From Gemmatimonadales bacterium (lineage in GTDB: Bacteria > Gemmatimonadota > Gemmatimonadetes > Gemmatimonadales > GWC2-71-9): 64,000 nucleotides of DNA. The stretch spans positions 1,471 to 65,470 of the forward strand of contig JBOHSA010000095.1 of assembly GCA_050732995.1 (NCBI GenBank), read 5' to 3'. Positions within the stretch are counted from its first letter, which is position 1. The number at the start of each line of letters is the position of its first letter. Positions 27,871 through 37,237 of this stretch are shown here, in pieces. The notes below the pieces were generated by a model. It did no database searches. It worked only from the letters and a program-made list of their open reading frames with translations, and was not told the DNA's origin. A program made the translations under genes and the position numbers.

Positions 27871-29354
27871 TGGCGGCCCGCGCGCTCGACATCCCCCCAG
27901 CCGGCGACGCCCCCATGTCCACCCGCCACCCGCTCGAGGGCGATCCCGCGCGCGCGCGCGAAGGCGAGGAGCTCGGCGCTGCCGATCGGCGCCAGCGTGG
28001 GTCCGGGGGTCAGCACGTCGCTCGTGAACAGGAGCCGCGCGCTCGGCACGTAGGCCGCGAGCATCCCCTCGACGTGCGTGGTCGGGAGGCGGTAGATCAC
28101 CACCCGGCTCTCACCCTGGCCGAGTACGAGGCTGTCGTCCACGGTCTGGATGACCGGTGGCGTCGGCCGCCGCGACAAGGCGTCGGGGGCGATGGTCTTG
28201 CGCGCCGTGGCGATCTCCCGGATCAACGCAGCGTTGCGACGGTGCGTGACCACGGGGATGCCCGCGGCGAGATAGCCCCGCACGCCACCGGCGTGATCCC
28301 AATGGTGGTGCGTATTGACCAGCAGCCGGACGGGTTTCGCCGGGAAGCGGACACGCAGGGTGTCGAGCACGGCCTGGGACCGGGCCGCGCTCTGGGGCCC
28401 TTCCACCACGACGAGGCGAGTCGGCTGCTCGACGACGAGGGAATGGTGCGACCCCCCCTCGGCGCGCCACACGCCGGGCGCGAGCTCGACCAGGGTCACC
28501 GTGATTGGGGGCGGCGTCGGGTTGCTGCGCTGCGCCCGGCGGGTGATCGAGTCGGGAATGACGAACAGGGAATCGGGCAGGTCGGGGTTGACGGTCACCG
28601 CCGTGAACACCGAGTGGTTCTGCAGGCGGCCGTTGACCGCGACGTCGTACTGGCGGGGATATTTGAGGCCGCCGCCCGCGCCGCCCGCGCCGCCCGCGCC
28701 GCCCGTCGCCTGCCAGCGCGTGTACCACCGCGCGGTCCGCCGGTCGCCCAGGATCGGGTCGTCGGTGACGGTTTCCGCCACGGTCAAGAGCCCCGAAGCG
28801 CGATCGAAGTACAGATCCAGCGTGTCCGGTCCGCTCGCGTACCGCACGCCGTCATGCGGCTCGCCCCGCCAGGGCTTGGGGGGCAGGGGCCGCAGCGCGC
28901 CCGGGTGATCGAGCCCCGCGAGGAGCAGCCGCTCCGGTGCCTGCCGCATCCCGGTTTCCACGCCGGCCACGGTGGCCGGGTTGTCGGGCGCCTGACGGCC
29001 GTTGGTCTCCAGCATGCCGATCCCGCCCGCGGTCACGCGCCGCAGCCGGTTCACCACCCCTGCGACCACCCGCAGCTCGGTGCTTCCGGTCTGGCGGGCG
29101 CCGCGGTAGTCGGTGGCAGTGCGGCCGACGACCAGGTTGGCGCGCGCGGCGGAGGCGGGCGTTTCCTCCTGGCCGATGGCGAACGTGGCGCCATAGAACT
29201 CGGTCGTGATCCCCGTCAGGCCGCGCAGCGCCTGCTCCCCACCCATCGCCGCGACGGCGCGCGCGACGATGTCTCGAGGCGCAGCGCCCTGAGCACTCGC
29301 ACCGGGCGGTCCGATCACGATGAGTGCCCACACCAATCCGAAGCGGTTCGACAT
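27867..29354 (-). CDS. secreted MBL-fold metallo-hydrolase
   Basis: Signal peptide MSNRFGLVWALIVIGPPGASAQ. LLVNTHHHWDHAGGVRGY (HxHxDH) in the C-terminal half. 4-nt overlap with the downstream OM gene. It contains a (GGA)n insert encoded by a 9-bp tandem repeat. Confidence 0.82.
   Translation of the reverse strand: MSNRFGLVWALIVIGPPGASAQGAAPRDIVARAVAAMGGEQALRGLTGITTEFYGATFAIGQEETPASAARANLVVGRTATDYRGARQTGSTELRVVAGVVNRLRRVTAGGIGMLETNGRQAPDNPATVAGVETGMRQAPERLLLAGLDHPGALRPLPPKPWRGEPHDGVRYASGPDTLDLYFDRASGLLTVAETVTDDPILGDRRTARWYTRWQATGGAGGAGGAGGGLKYPRQYDVAVNGRLQNHSVFTAVTVNPDLPDSLFVIPDSITRRAQRSNPTPPPITVTLVELAPGVWRAEGGSHHSLVVEQPTRLVVVEGPQSAARSQAVLDTLRVRFPAKPVRLLVNTHHHWDHAGGVRGYLAAGIPVVTHRRNAALIREIATARKTIAPDALSRRPTPPVIQTVDDSLVLGQGESRVVIYRLPTTHVEGMLAAYVPSARLLFTSDVLTPGPTLAPIGSAELLAFARARGIALERVAGGHGGVAGWGDVERAGRQ
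28671..28706. repeat. perfect 9-bp tandem repeat CGCCGCCCG x4 inside the MBL gene
   Basis: Read directly. On the coding (minus) strand it encodes the GGAGGAGGAGGG segment. Confidence 0.9.
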
Positions 29355-29368
29355 GCCCTATCCCTCCT

Positions 29369-30259
29369 CTAGCGGGGAGTCGTCTTGGGGATGGCTGCAA
29401 TCGCCAGGCGGTCACCGCGCGGACTCACGGCGAGGCGTCCGATGTCAGCGAGGCCGGCGGCGGCGAAGTCCGCGATCTCCACCCAGGCGGTGCCGCTCGC
29501 CGGGGTCCATTGAAACACCTTGGTGCCCTTGCCCGCGAGCAGGATGCCATCGGGCGTCCAGGCGAAGAAATCCTGGCCTTCGAGCGTTCGGACGAGCGGC
29601 CGGGCCTCGCGCGTCGCTCGGTCGAGCTGGCTGATCCACTGCGTTTCGGAGATCTTGTGCACGAAGGCGACGGCCCGCCCACCCGGCACCGGCAGCAACG
29701 AGCGCCCGATGTCGCGCGCCACCGTATCGGCCCGGCCGGTGCGCGTGTCCGCGAGCTGGAGAGTCGGCGGCGACCCGAGCACGAAGAGCGCGACGGTGTG
29801 CTCGTCCGCCCACGCATGATAGCCCACGGGCTTGATGCCGGCGAGCACGAGGCGAGGGTTCGAGCCATCCGGGTCGAACCGCCACAGCCGCTGCGTGGAG
29901 TCCGACTCGACCCGGACGACGGAGAATCCGCCGTCGGCAGTCGGCGTCGGGGAATACTCGCTTTCCGGTGTGGCGGTGACACGGACCGACCGGTGGGTGG
30001 TCAGGTCATAGCGATAAATGTCGGCCTGGCCATCCGCCCCGATCGCCGTGTAGAGCAGCGCGCGCCCGTCGGGGAGGAAGAACGGCTGATTGTCGTAACC
30101 GTCGCGATTCGTCACGTTCACCGGGGCGCTGACCGACACGCGCCCGTCCCGTACTCGCAGCTCGGCGAGAAAGATGTCGGTCGCCGGCGGTCCCTGGGCA
30201 GGGCAGGGGACCGCCGCGAGCGGTGCGAGGTAGAATAGAATCGTGAAGCGGCCCATCAA
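29369..30259 (-). CDS. secreted TolB/PD40-like beta-propeller protein
   Basis: Signal peptide MMGRFTILFYLAPLAAVPCPAQ. Motifs NQPFFLPDGRALLYT, ADIYRYDLTT, YSPTPTADGGF, FAWTPDGILL and LAVSPRGDRLAI. Confidence 0.7.
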   Translation of the reverse strand: MMGRFTILFYLAPLAAVPCPAQGPPATDIFLAELRVRDGRVSVSAPVNVTNRDGYDNQPFFLPDGRALLYTAIGADGQADIYRYDLTTHRSVRVTATPESEYSPTPTADGGFSVVRVESDSTQRLWRFDPDGSNPRLVLAGIKPVGYHAWADEHTVALFVLGSPPTLQLADTRTGRADTVARDIGRSLLPVPGGRAVAFVHKISETQWISQLDRATREARPLVRTLEGQDFFAWTPDGILLAGKGTKVFQWTPASGTAWVEIADFAAAGLADIGRLAVSPRGDRLAIAAIPKTTPR

Positions 30260-30358
30260 GCCTCTCCGACCGTGCGAGTGTGCTGGGGGAGAGTTATCAT
30301 ATTTGGGTGTGGCTGTCCATCTGGGAGAACTCCTCCAGGCCTTGACGCGGAGTGGATC

Positions 30359-30751
30359 ATGAAACCGTGCTACGTGCTCCTGCCGGCATTGCTCGCCGGG
30401 TGCAGCTCGGCCTCGTCGTCGTCACGGACGGCGCCGGCGCCGGCCGCCGCGGCGTCCCGCGACGTCATCACCCAATCGGAGATCCAAAACGCGAACGTGG
30501 CGACCGCGTACGATGTCGTGGCGCGTCTGAGGGGTCACTGGCTGCGGCGCCGCGGTGCCGTCAGCATTCAGGAGCCCAATGCGGGCGAGGTCGTGGTGTT
30601 CGTGAATGAAGTGCGGACCGGCGGGGCGGAGGTGTTGCGGGGCATCCGCACGGACGAGACCCGCGAAATCCGCTACCTGAATGGCCCCGACGCTACCATT
30701 CGCTACGGCACGGGCTTCGGCGGCGGCGTTATCCAGGTCTTCACGAAATGA
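30359..30751 (+). CDS. small lipoprotein with TonB-receptor plug-like fold
   Basis: ORF 30272..30751 trimmed to ATG 30359. Lipobox LLAGCS. ATAYDVVARLRGHWLRRRG...VVVFVNEVRTGGAEVLRGIRTDETREIRYLNGPDATIRYG resembles plug-domain sequences. Confidence 0.5.
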   Translation: MKPCYVLLPALLAGCSSASSSSRTAPAPAAAASRDVITQSEIQNANVATAYDVVARLRGHWLRRRGAVSIQEPNAGEVVVFVNEVRTGGAEVLRGIRTDETREIRYLNGPDATIRYGTGFGGGVIQVFTK

Positions 30752-30756
30752 ACGAA

Positions 30757-30789
30757 GGGGGAGTGTCGGCCCTCTCCCCCCCCCTTTTT
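30757..30789 (+). terminator. possible intrinsic terminator between convergent genes
   Basis: GGGGGAG (30757-63) pairs with CTCCCCC (30774-80) across a 10-nt loop, followed by CCCC TTTTT. A weaker hairpin than the one at 22495. Confidence 0.45.
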
Positions 30790-30811
30790 CCGCCTGGCGT
30801 TCCTTTCGGCC

Positions 30812-33373
30812 CTAGAACGTAGCCGTGACGCCCGCGATCACCCGCCGGCCCACGACCGAGCCGCCGTAGATGTGGAACCGTTGCTGGTCGAACAGGTTCG
30901 TCGCGATCGCGTGCACGCGGAAGTTGTCGTTCACCCGGTAGCCCGCGTTCAGGTTGACGATCTGGCTCCAGTCGACCAAGCCACTGAACACGCCCGCCGC
31001 CCAGTCGAACGCCGTCTGGCGGCGGACCGTCAGTCCGGCGTCGATGCCCTGCGCCCCGGCGTACTGCACTGACAGCGTCCCCTTATGCCTCGGCGTGTTG
31101 GGGAGCACCTTGTCGCCTGACAGGGTGCCTTCCGGTTCGTCGAAGTCGAAGAACGAGTAGGAGCCTTCCACGCGGAGCTCATTGGTCAGAAGGAGGCCGC
31201 CGCTGAACTCGAGGCCGCGCTCCTTCGCCTTCCCGGCGTTTGCGTAGGACACGACGATGGCCGTGTTGCCGTTCGCCAGGCGCGTGAGTCCCGCGGCCGC
31301 GATGGGCTGGTTCGCGGCGAGGAGCTGCTGACGGACCGCGGTCTCCAGCGCCGGGCGGAACTGCGCCGGCACCGCAGCGGGCGAGGTCCAGGGACCGTAG
31401 GTGGGATTCACGCCGGGCAAGAGGTCCGTCACGAAGTTGCTCAGCTCGTTCTGATACAGGTCGACGCTCACGTACAGCTTCGGCGTGATGTTGCCTTTGT
31501 ACCCGACCTCGAACCCGTTCACCTTTTCGACCGACAGGTCCCGGTTGCCGAGCGCGAGGACCGGCACCGCGGACGAGGTGGTGAACAGGGTGCCCGATGG
31601 GACGCCCGCGAGCGCGGGCCCGAGCGGCGACGCCCGCAGCCCGGCCTCCAACGCGGCGAGGTTTGCCGGCAGGCCGGCCGGGACGCGCAGGTACCATTCG
31701 GAGTAGTTGGGCGTCTGGAACGCCTGGTTGGCCGTGATGCGGAACGAGTGCTTGTCGTTGGGGCTGAACACCAGGGCGCCTTTGGGCGAGAAGAACGCCG
31801 CGATCAGGTCGCCGTCGTCGAGCCGGCCGGCCAGGACCGCGCGGAGCTGCGGCGTGATCCGGTACTCGACCTGCCCGTAGAGCGACTGGTATTGGTCTCC
31901 CCGGTCGTCGTCCGAGGGCTGCATCAGCGTCCCGTCGGTGTCCAGGTTGTATTGCCGGAACGACGCGCCCAACACCGCCCGTGCCTTGTCCTCCATGAAG
32001 CTCCGGTGGACCTGGCCCTCGACGTGGTAGATGCCTGACTGCTCCTTCAGGCCCAGGTTCGCCGCGAGGGAGTACTGCGGCTCGACCGTATTCCGCCCCG
32101 TGTACCAGGCCATCAGGTTGTAGCTCGGCGCCGCCCACGCGACGCGGGCCCAAGGCCTGCGCGTCTTGGTAACCTGCACGCGGCCGATCCCGGTGACGAA
32201 CACCTCGTTTTGCACTTGCGCGTTGCCGTATTCGACCGAGCCGACGGAGCCGCCGCCCGCATAGTAGTCGACGCGGAGCGCCCCATACGTGTTGTTCAGG
32301 TCGTCCCGGTCGCCGGTGGCCTCGTAGTTCCGCACCGGGATCGCGGTCTGTCCCTTCAGCGGCCGGGTTTCGAACCCGGGGTTCGGGGGTCGGACGGGCT
32401 CGGGCGTGGCATCGGCGTACTCCCGGCGGAAGTCCAGGGTGTCGCGCCGGGTGCGCGAGCGCGTCCACGTATCACTGCGGTTGTGCCCGACGTTGAAGCG
32501 GTAGCCGAAGCGCCCACCGGCGACGAAGCTCGCCGTGTTCACATCGAGGCGTTTGGTGTCCGGCCCGCCGCCCGCGACGGTGATTTTCGAACCGAGCACT
32601 TCGCGCGCCGTCGGCGTGCGGATATCGATCACGCCGCTGAACGCGTTCGCGCCGTACAATGCCGAGCCGGGGCCGCGCACGACCTCGATCCGCCCCAGGT
32701 CCTCCAGCGGGAGGGACATCCCGTTCCATTCCTGGGCGCCGAGAAACGCGATGGCCATGTCGCGACCGTCCTGGAGCACGAGCATCCGGCGGTTCAGCGT
32801 CGAGTTGTACCCCCGCGCGTTGATGTTGAAGTCGTTCATGCCGCTCTGCACCACGTCCACCCCGGGCGTCACGGCGAGGGCGAGGGGCACCTGTCCGGCC
32901 ACCGACGTCGCGCGGGCCACCGCGGGATCGACGACGGCGATGGCGGACGGGGCCTCCACGATCCGCTCGGGCGCGCGCGAGGCCGTCGTGACGATGATCT
33001 CGCCCAGCGTGATCGGCTCGGCGGAGAGCTCCGCGCTGACGGTCTGCGTGCCGCCGGCCGCCACCTGGACGGCCTGCTCCTGCGGCCGGTGGCCGAACCA
33101 GCGGAACAGGAGGGTCTGAGCGCCCTCGGGGACGCGCTCAATGGTGAAGCGGCCGTCCGCGGCGGTGACGGCGCTGAGGCGCGTGCCCCGCACCGTGACG
33201 CTCACGCCGCCCAGCGGGGTGCCGTCGCTCTGGCGGACCGCCGTCCCCTGGACGGTGCCGGTGCCCCCGCCCTGGGCGGACGCATCCGGCGTGAAGAGAC
33301 CGAGGAGGAGGGCGCTGGCGACGGCGCTCGGGAGCAGACGATGCGGCAATTTAGACGGGCGCTCGGACATCAT
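30812..33373 (-). CDS. TonB-dependent receptor with N-terminal carboxypeptidase-regulatory-like domain
   Basis: ORF 30812..33502 trimmed to ATG 33373, preceded by GAGGGAG. Signal peptide, GTVQGTAVRQSDGTPLGGVSVTVRGT...DGRFTIERVPEG (CarbopepD_reg), plug (ITLGEIIVTTASRAPERIVEAPSAIAVV), and a long beta-barrel ending ...RVIAGVTATF. Confidence 0.9.
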   Translation of the reverse strand: MMSERPSKLPHRLLPSAVASALLLGLFTPDASAQGGGTGTVQGTAVRQSDGTPLGGVSVTVRGTRLSAVTAADGRFTIERVPEGAQTLLFRWFGHRPQEQAVQVAAGGTQTVSAELSAEPITLGEIIVTTASRAPERIVEAPSAIAVVDPAVARATSVAGQVPLALAVTPGVDVVQSGMNDFNINARGYNSTLNRRMLVLQDGRDMAIAFLGAQEWNGMSLPLEDLGRIEVVRGPGSALYGANAFSGVIDIRTPTAREVLGSKITVAGGGPDTKRLDVNTASFVAGGRFGYRFNVGHNRSDTWTRSRTRRDTLDFRREYADATPEPVRPPNPGFETRPLKGQTAIPVRNYEATGDRDDLNNTYGALRVDYYAGGGSVGSVEYGNAQVQNEVFVTGIGRVQVTKTRRPWARVAWAAPSYNLMAWYTGRNTVEPQYSLAANLGLKEQSGIYHVEGQVHRSFMEDKARAVLGASFRQYNLDTDGTLMQPSDDDRGDQYQSLYGQVEYRITPQLRAVLAGRLDDGDLIAAFFSPKGALVFSPNDKHSFRITANQAFQTPNYSEWYLRVPAGLPANLAALEAGLRASPLGPALAGVPSGTLFTTSSAVPVLALGNRDLSVEKVNGFEVGYKGNITPKLYVSVDLYQNELSNFVTDLLPGVNPTYGPWTSPAAVPAQFRPALETAVRQQLLAANQPIAAAGLTRLANGNTAIVVSYANAGKAKERGLEFSGGLLLTNELRVEGSYSFFDFDEPEGTLSGDKVLPNTPRHKGTLSVQYAGAQGIDAGLTVRRQTAFDWAAGVFSGLVDWSQIVNLNAGYRVNDNFRVHAIATNLFDQQRFHIYGGSVVGRRVIAGVTATF

Positions 33374-33483
33374 GACTCCCTCGTGCGGAAAGGTGAAGGA
33401 TTCTCTCCGGGCCGCCAAAAATGCACCGCCCCGGGCCGTTCGGCGAGTGGCCCCCCCCCCCTGTCCGGCCCGCCAATCCGGGG

Positions 33484-34377
33484 CTACAGTCCCGGCCGCC
33501 ACCGTGGCAGCACATCGGTGAACCCGTCCCGCGTCACCCTGGAGATGCCCCCGCCGCTCACATGGTAGATCCGGAGTTCCCCGTCACTGTCGAAGGCGAT
33601 CCGGGTGCCGTCGGGGGACCAGGCGGGCAACTCGTCGGGCACGGAGCTGGTGGTCAACTGCGCCACCCCGGTGCCATCGGCGTTCATCACATAGAGGGCG
33701 TACTCGCCGTCGCGGCGGGACATGAAGGCGATCTTGGTGCCATCGGGCGACCAGGCCGGGGTAAGGTCGCCAAACGGGTTGTTCGTGAGGTTCGTCGGGC
33801 CGCTCCCGTCGGCGTTCATCACGTAAATCTCGGCGTTGCCGTTCCGATCCGAGACAAAGGCGATTCTGGTACCGTCGGGCGACCACGCCGGGTGGAGGTC
33901 GAGACCGGGGTCGGTGGTGAGCCGGGTGGCCCCCGTCCCGTTGGCGTTCATGACGTAGATCTCGGCGTTGCCGTCGCGCTCACTGCTGAATACGATCCGC
34001 GTGCCGTCGGGCGACCAGCTCGGCTGCCCGTCCGCTGCGGAGTCCGAAGTCAGGCGCACGACCCCGGTGCCGTTGGCGTTCATCGTGTAGACGTCCAGAT
34101 TCGGGATGCCATTGCGGGAGTCCCGGTCGGATTCGAACGCGAGTTGTTGGCCGTCGGCCGACCAGGCGGGCCAGAAATCGTACGCCAGGCTGTCGGTCAG
34201 GTTCACGAGCCCGGTCCCGTCCACATTCATGACGAAAACGTCGAACTGCCGGAGGCGCCCCCGGTCGCTCGCGAACGCGACCGCGCCGGCGCCGGGCGGG
34301 GGACCCAATTCGGGCGCCTCGTCCGCTCGGCAAGCCGCCAGGGCCAGGAGGCCTAACGCAGACGCGAGGATTCTCAC
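33484..34377 (-). CDS. TolB-like PD40-repeat beta-propeller lipoprotein
   Basis: Lipobox LALAAC. Six or more PD40 repeats (PAWSADGQQLAF, PSWSPDGTRIVF, PAWSPDGTRIAF, PAWSPDGTKIAF), each followed by (E/D)IYVMNA(N/D)G(T/S)G. Confidence 0.88.
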   Translation of the reverse strand: MRILASALGLLALAACRADEAPELGPPPGAGAVAFASDRGRLRQFDVFVMNVDGTGLVNLTDSLAYDFWPAWSADGQQLAFESDRDSRNGIPNLDVYTMNANGTGVVRLTSDSAADGQPSWSPDGTRIVFSSERDGNAEIYVMNANGTGATRLTTDPGLDLHPAWSPDGTRIAFVSDRNGNAEIYVMNADGSGPTNLTNNPFGDLTPAWSPDGTKIAFMSRRDGEYALYVMNADGTGVAQLTTSSVPDELPAWSPDGTRIAFDSDGELRIYHVSGGGISRVTRDGFTDVLPRWRPGL

Positions 34378-34431
34378 CGGCGACCTCCGCGTAGAGACGG
34401 GTGGGCGGGGGTGGGGAGGCTGGCCACGAAA

Positions 34432-35562
34432 CTATCCCGCCGCCACCAGGCGCGCCACCGCCCGCGCGTCCCGGTTGATGTTGTGCAATCCGCCCGTGGC
34501 GTCGTAGTTGTGTCCCACGAAATACAGGCCGGGATGGTCGGCGCTTGCGACCCGGCCGTGGCGCAAGGCGAAGCCACGCGCATCCTTACGAATCAGGTCC
34601 CCGAACGGGGCCAGGGCCGGCGCGAAGCCGGTAGCGAGAATCACGTCGTCGAAGGCCGCGTGAGAGCCGTCGGTGAATGTGGCGCCCGTCTCGCTGAATT
34701 CGGCAACGCCGGGTGCCACGGTCACGAGCCCGGCCCGAATGGCGTCGACTAGATGGAACCCGATGACGGGGATGGCTTCGAGCGGGCTGTGGGCGGGGCG
34801 GGGGAGCACCGGCGGACCGCGTCGGAGCTCGGTGACCTTCCCCACAGCGGCCACGAGGAGCTCCTGGAGCGGTCGGGGCAGCTTGCGCACCCAGTAGGAC
34901 ACGTACTGGATGGGGACGCCGAACAGGGTCAGCGGAACCACGTTGGCACCAGAGCGCACCGCGATCGTGACTCGCGCGCCCGCGCGCGCCAGCTCGCTCC
35001 CGATCTCCGCACCTGAGTTTCCGACGCCGACCACCAGCACGCGGCGGCCGACGTACGGCTCGGGCTGCCGGTACTCGATGCTGTGCGCGATTCGGCCACG
35101 GAACCGCTCGCGGCCCACAAAGGGCGGGACTTGTGGGTTCGCGATGATGCCCGTGGCGACGACGAGCGCCCGCGCCGTGAACGACCGCCCCCCCCCTCCC
35201 TCCACTCCCCCCCGGCCGCCATGCACCGTCACGACCCAGCGACCGTGGTCGAACCGGACGCCGGAGACCGGGCTCCCGGTTTCCACCGGCAGGGCGAACC
35301 GGTCCGCGTAGTCACGGAGATACTCCCAGAACGCGTGGCGCGGAATGAACACAGGATAGGAGCGCGGAAAGGGGAGACCGGGGAGGCTCGACATGCGCTT
35401 GCCCGTGTGCAGCCGGAGGCTGTGGTACAGGTGGGCCCAGCTATGGCCGACCTGGTCGCCGCGCTCGAGCACGCGATGGGCGATCCCGCGCCGCTCGAGC
35501 TGCTGCGATGTCGCCAGCCCGGCCGGTCCGGCGCCCAGGACGAGGACGTCGCTTTCGCTCAT
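34432..35562 (-). CDS. flavin-containing monooxygenase-like FAD/NAD(P)-binding oxidoreductase
   Basis: ORF 34432..35589 trimmed to ATG 35562. DVLVLGAGPAGLA (FAD GxGxxG) and VLVVGVGNSGAEI (NADPH site). It carries a GGRGGVEGGGGRS insert. Confidence 0.8.
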   Translation of the reverse strand: MSESDVLVLGAGPAGLATSQQLERRGIAHRVLERGDQVGHSWAHLYHSLRLHTGKRMSSLPGLPFPRSYPVFIPRHAFWEYLRDYADRFALPVETGSPVSGVRFDHGRWVVTVHGGRGGVEGGGGRSFTARALVVATGIIANPQVPPFVGRERFRGRIAHSIEYRQPEPYVGRRVLVVGVGNSGAEIGSELARAGARVTIAVRSGANVVPLTLFGVPIQYVSYWVRKLPRPLQELLVAAVGKVTELRRGPPVLPRPAHSPLEAIPVIGFHLVDAIRAGLVTVAPGVAEFSETGATFTDGSHAAFDDVILATGFAPALAPFGDLIRKDARGFALRHGRVASADHPGLYFVGHNYDATGGLHNINRDARAVARLVAAG

Positions 35563-35613
35563 GCAGGTTCCAATCTTACGCGCTGGCAAGCGGTTACACA
35601 GCTGTTGTCCAAT

Positions 35614-35625
35614 ACGAACGTTCGT
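35614..35625. promoter_or_regulatory. perfect 12-bp palindrome ACGAACGTTCGT (candidate TetR operator)
   Basis: Lies in the 77-bp divergent region between the FMO-like gene start (35562) and the TetR gene start (35640), in a locally AT-richer stretch. Confidence 0.5.
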
Positions 35626-35639
35626 GCTATTATCGTGCC

Positions 35640-36233
35640 ATGCGACGCGGCGATCTTACGCGACGAGCGATCCTACACCGCGCCACGGGGCTCGCCAGCA
35701 AACTCGGCCTTGGGGGCCTGACCATCGGCGCGCTCGCCGATGCGCTCGAGCTCTCCAAGAGCGGCCTGTTCGCCCACTTCCGGTCCAAGGAAGCGCTGCA
35801 GCTCCAGGTGCTGGAGTTCGGCGCCACGGTCTTCGTGGACCACGTCGTGCGGCCTGCGCTGGCGGCGCCGCGCGGCGCGCCGCGCATGCGGGCGCTATTC
35901 GAGAACTGGCTCGCTTGGGCGCGGTCGAGCCCGCTTCCGGGCGGCTGCCTGTTCGTTGCCGCGACGACCGAGCTGGACGATCGCCCCGGTCCGGTGCGCG
36001 ACCAGCTGGTCCAGCTCCAACGCCAGTGGCTCGACGTCATCGCTGTTTCATTCCAAAAGGGGATCGGCGAGGGGCACTTCCGCCCCGATGCCGATCCGGA
36101 GCAGTTCGCTCACGACTTGTATGGGGTGATGCTCGCGTTTCATCACGCGTCCCGTCTGCTGAAGGACGCCCGGGCGGCAGCCCGGGCCCGTCGTGCCTTC
36201 GACACCCTGCTCGCGGCCGCGCGCCCGAGCTGA
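35640..36233 (+). CDS. TetR/AcrR family transcriptional regulator
   Basis: ORF 35508..36233 trimmed to ATG 35640. HTH region GLGGLTIGALADALELSKSGLFAHFRSKEALQLQVL. Confidence 0.88.
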   Translation: MRRGDLTRRAILHRATGLASKLGLGGLTIGALADALELSKSGLFAHFRSKEALQLQVLEFGATVFVDHVVRPALAAPRGAPRMRALFENWLAWARSSPLPGGCLFVAATTELDDRPGPVRDQLVQLQRQWLDVIAVSFQKGIGEGHFRPDADPEQFAHDLYGVMLAFHHASRLLKDARAAARARRAFDTLLAAARPS

Positions 36234-36252
36234 CCGACCGGGAGCTTCTCGC

Positions 36253-37227
36253 ATGCACCCGTTGCGGCTCGTCTTCTCCGTTCTCCAGCCCGTCGCGCCC
36301 CGCCTGGCCGCGCGCTGGGCCGAGCAGCTGTTCTTCGCCCCGCCACTGTCCCGGCGCCGCTCGCCGCTCACCGCCGAGGGGCGGCGGCTGCTGGAGACCG
36401 GCCACGCGTTTACGGTGTCGGTTGGCGGGGAACGGGTCGCCGCCTGGTCCTGGAGTGACCACGGACGCGACCATCCGGCGGTCTACCTGGTGCACGGCTG
36501 GGGCTCGCGGGGAGGCCGGCTCGCCGCCTTTGTGCCGCCGCTGCTCCGGGCGGGTGTGCGGGTGATCACGTTCGATGCTCCCGGGCACGGGGCATCGGAG
36601 GGGCGGCTGAGTTCGATGCCCCAGTTCGCGCGCGCCTTCCGAGCGGTGGTGGACGCGGCCGGGCCGGCGCAGGGCGTCATCGCGCATTCGATGGGGGCGT
36701 CGGCGAGCGCCCTCGCCATGTCCTGGGGGCTAACGGTCGGGCGGGCCGTGTTCCTGGCGCCCGCGGCCGACCCGTCGGCGTTTGCGGCCCAGTTCGCCGC
36801 CGCCTTGGGGCTCGGCCCCCGGATCATGGCCGGAATGCGCGAGCGCAGCGAGCGGCGTCTCGCCTTCCGCTGGGCGGACCTGAACATCCCGACGCTGGCG
36901 CGCGGGATCTCCGCGCCGCCGCCGCTGCTGGTGTTCCACGACCGGGGGGATGCGGTGGTGCCCTGGTCCGACGGCGCCGCCATCGCCGCCGCGTGGCCGG
37001 GACCGGCGGGTGGCCCCGGAGGCGCCGAGCTGGCCAGCTCGACCGGCCTCGGGCACCGCGACCTGGTGCGCGCGCCGGATGTGGTCGCCCGGGCGGTCGC
37101 CTTTATCCTCGAGGGGAGGACACCCCGCCGCGGGTCTGAACTTCCGTCGGCGCTGGTACCCGAGGACGTCTGGCTGGAGCGGGATCTGTTCGATCGGGAG
37201 GCGCGCCGGCGCCGAGTGTTCTCCTAG
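36253..37227 (+). CDS. alpha/beta-fold hydrolase
   Basis: ORF 36193..37227 trimmed to ATG 36253. VYLVHGWGSRGG (oxyanion HG), nucleophile elbow VIAHSMGASA, and C-terminal GLGHRDL. Confidence 0.78.
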   Translation: MHPLRLVFSVLQPVAPRLAARWAEQLFFAPPLSRRRSPLTAEGRRLLETGHAFTVSVGGERVAAWSWSDHGRDHPAVYLVHGWGSRGGRLAAFVPPLLRAGVRVITFDAPGHGASEGRLSSMPQFARAFRAVVDAAGPAQGVIAHSMGASASALAMSWGLTVGRAVFLAPAADPSAFAAQFAAALGLGPRIMAGMRERSERRLAFRWADLNIPTLARGISAPPPLLVFHDRGDAVVPWSDGAAIAAAWPGPAGGPGGAELASSTGLGHRDLVRAPDVVARAVAFILEGRTPRRGSELPSALVPEDVWLERDLFDREARRRRVFS

Positions 37228-37237
37228 GCCCTGGCGC

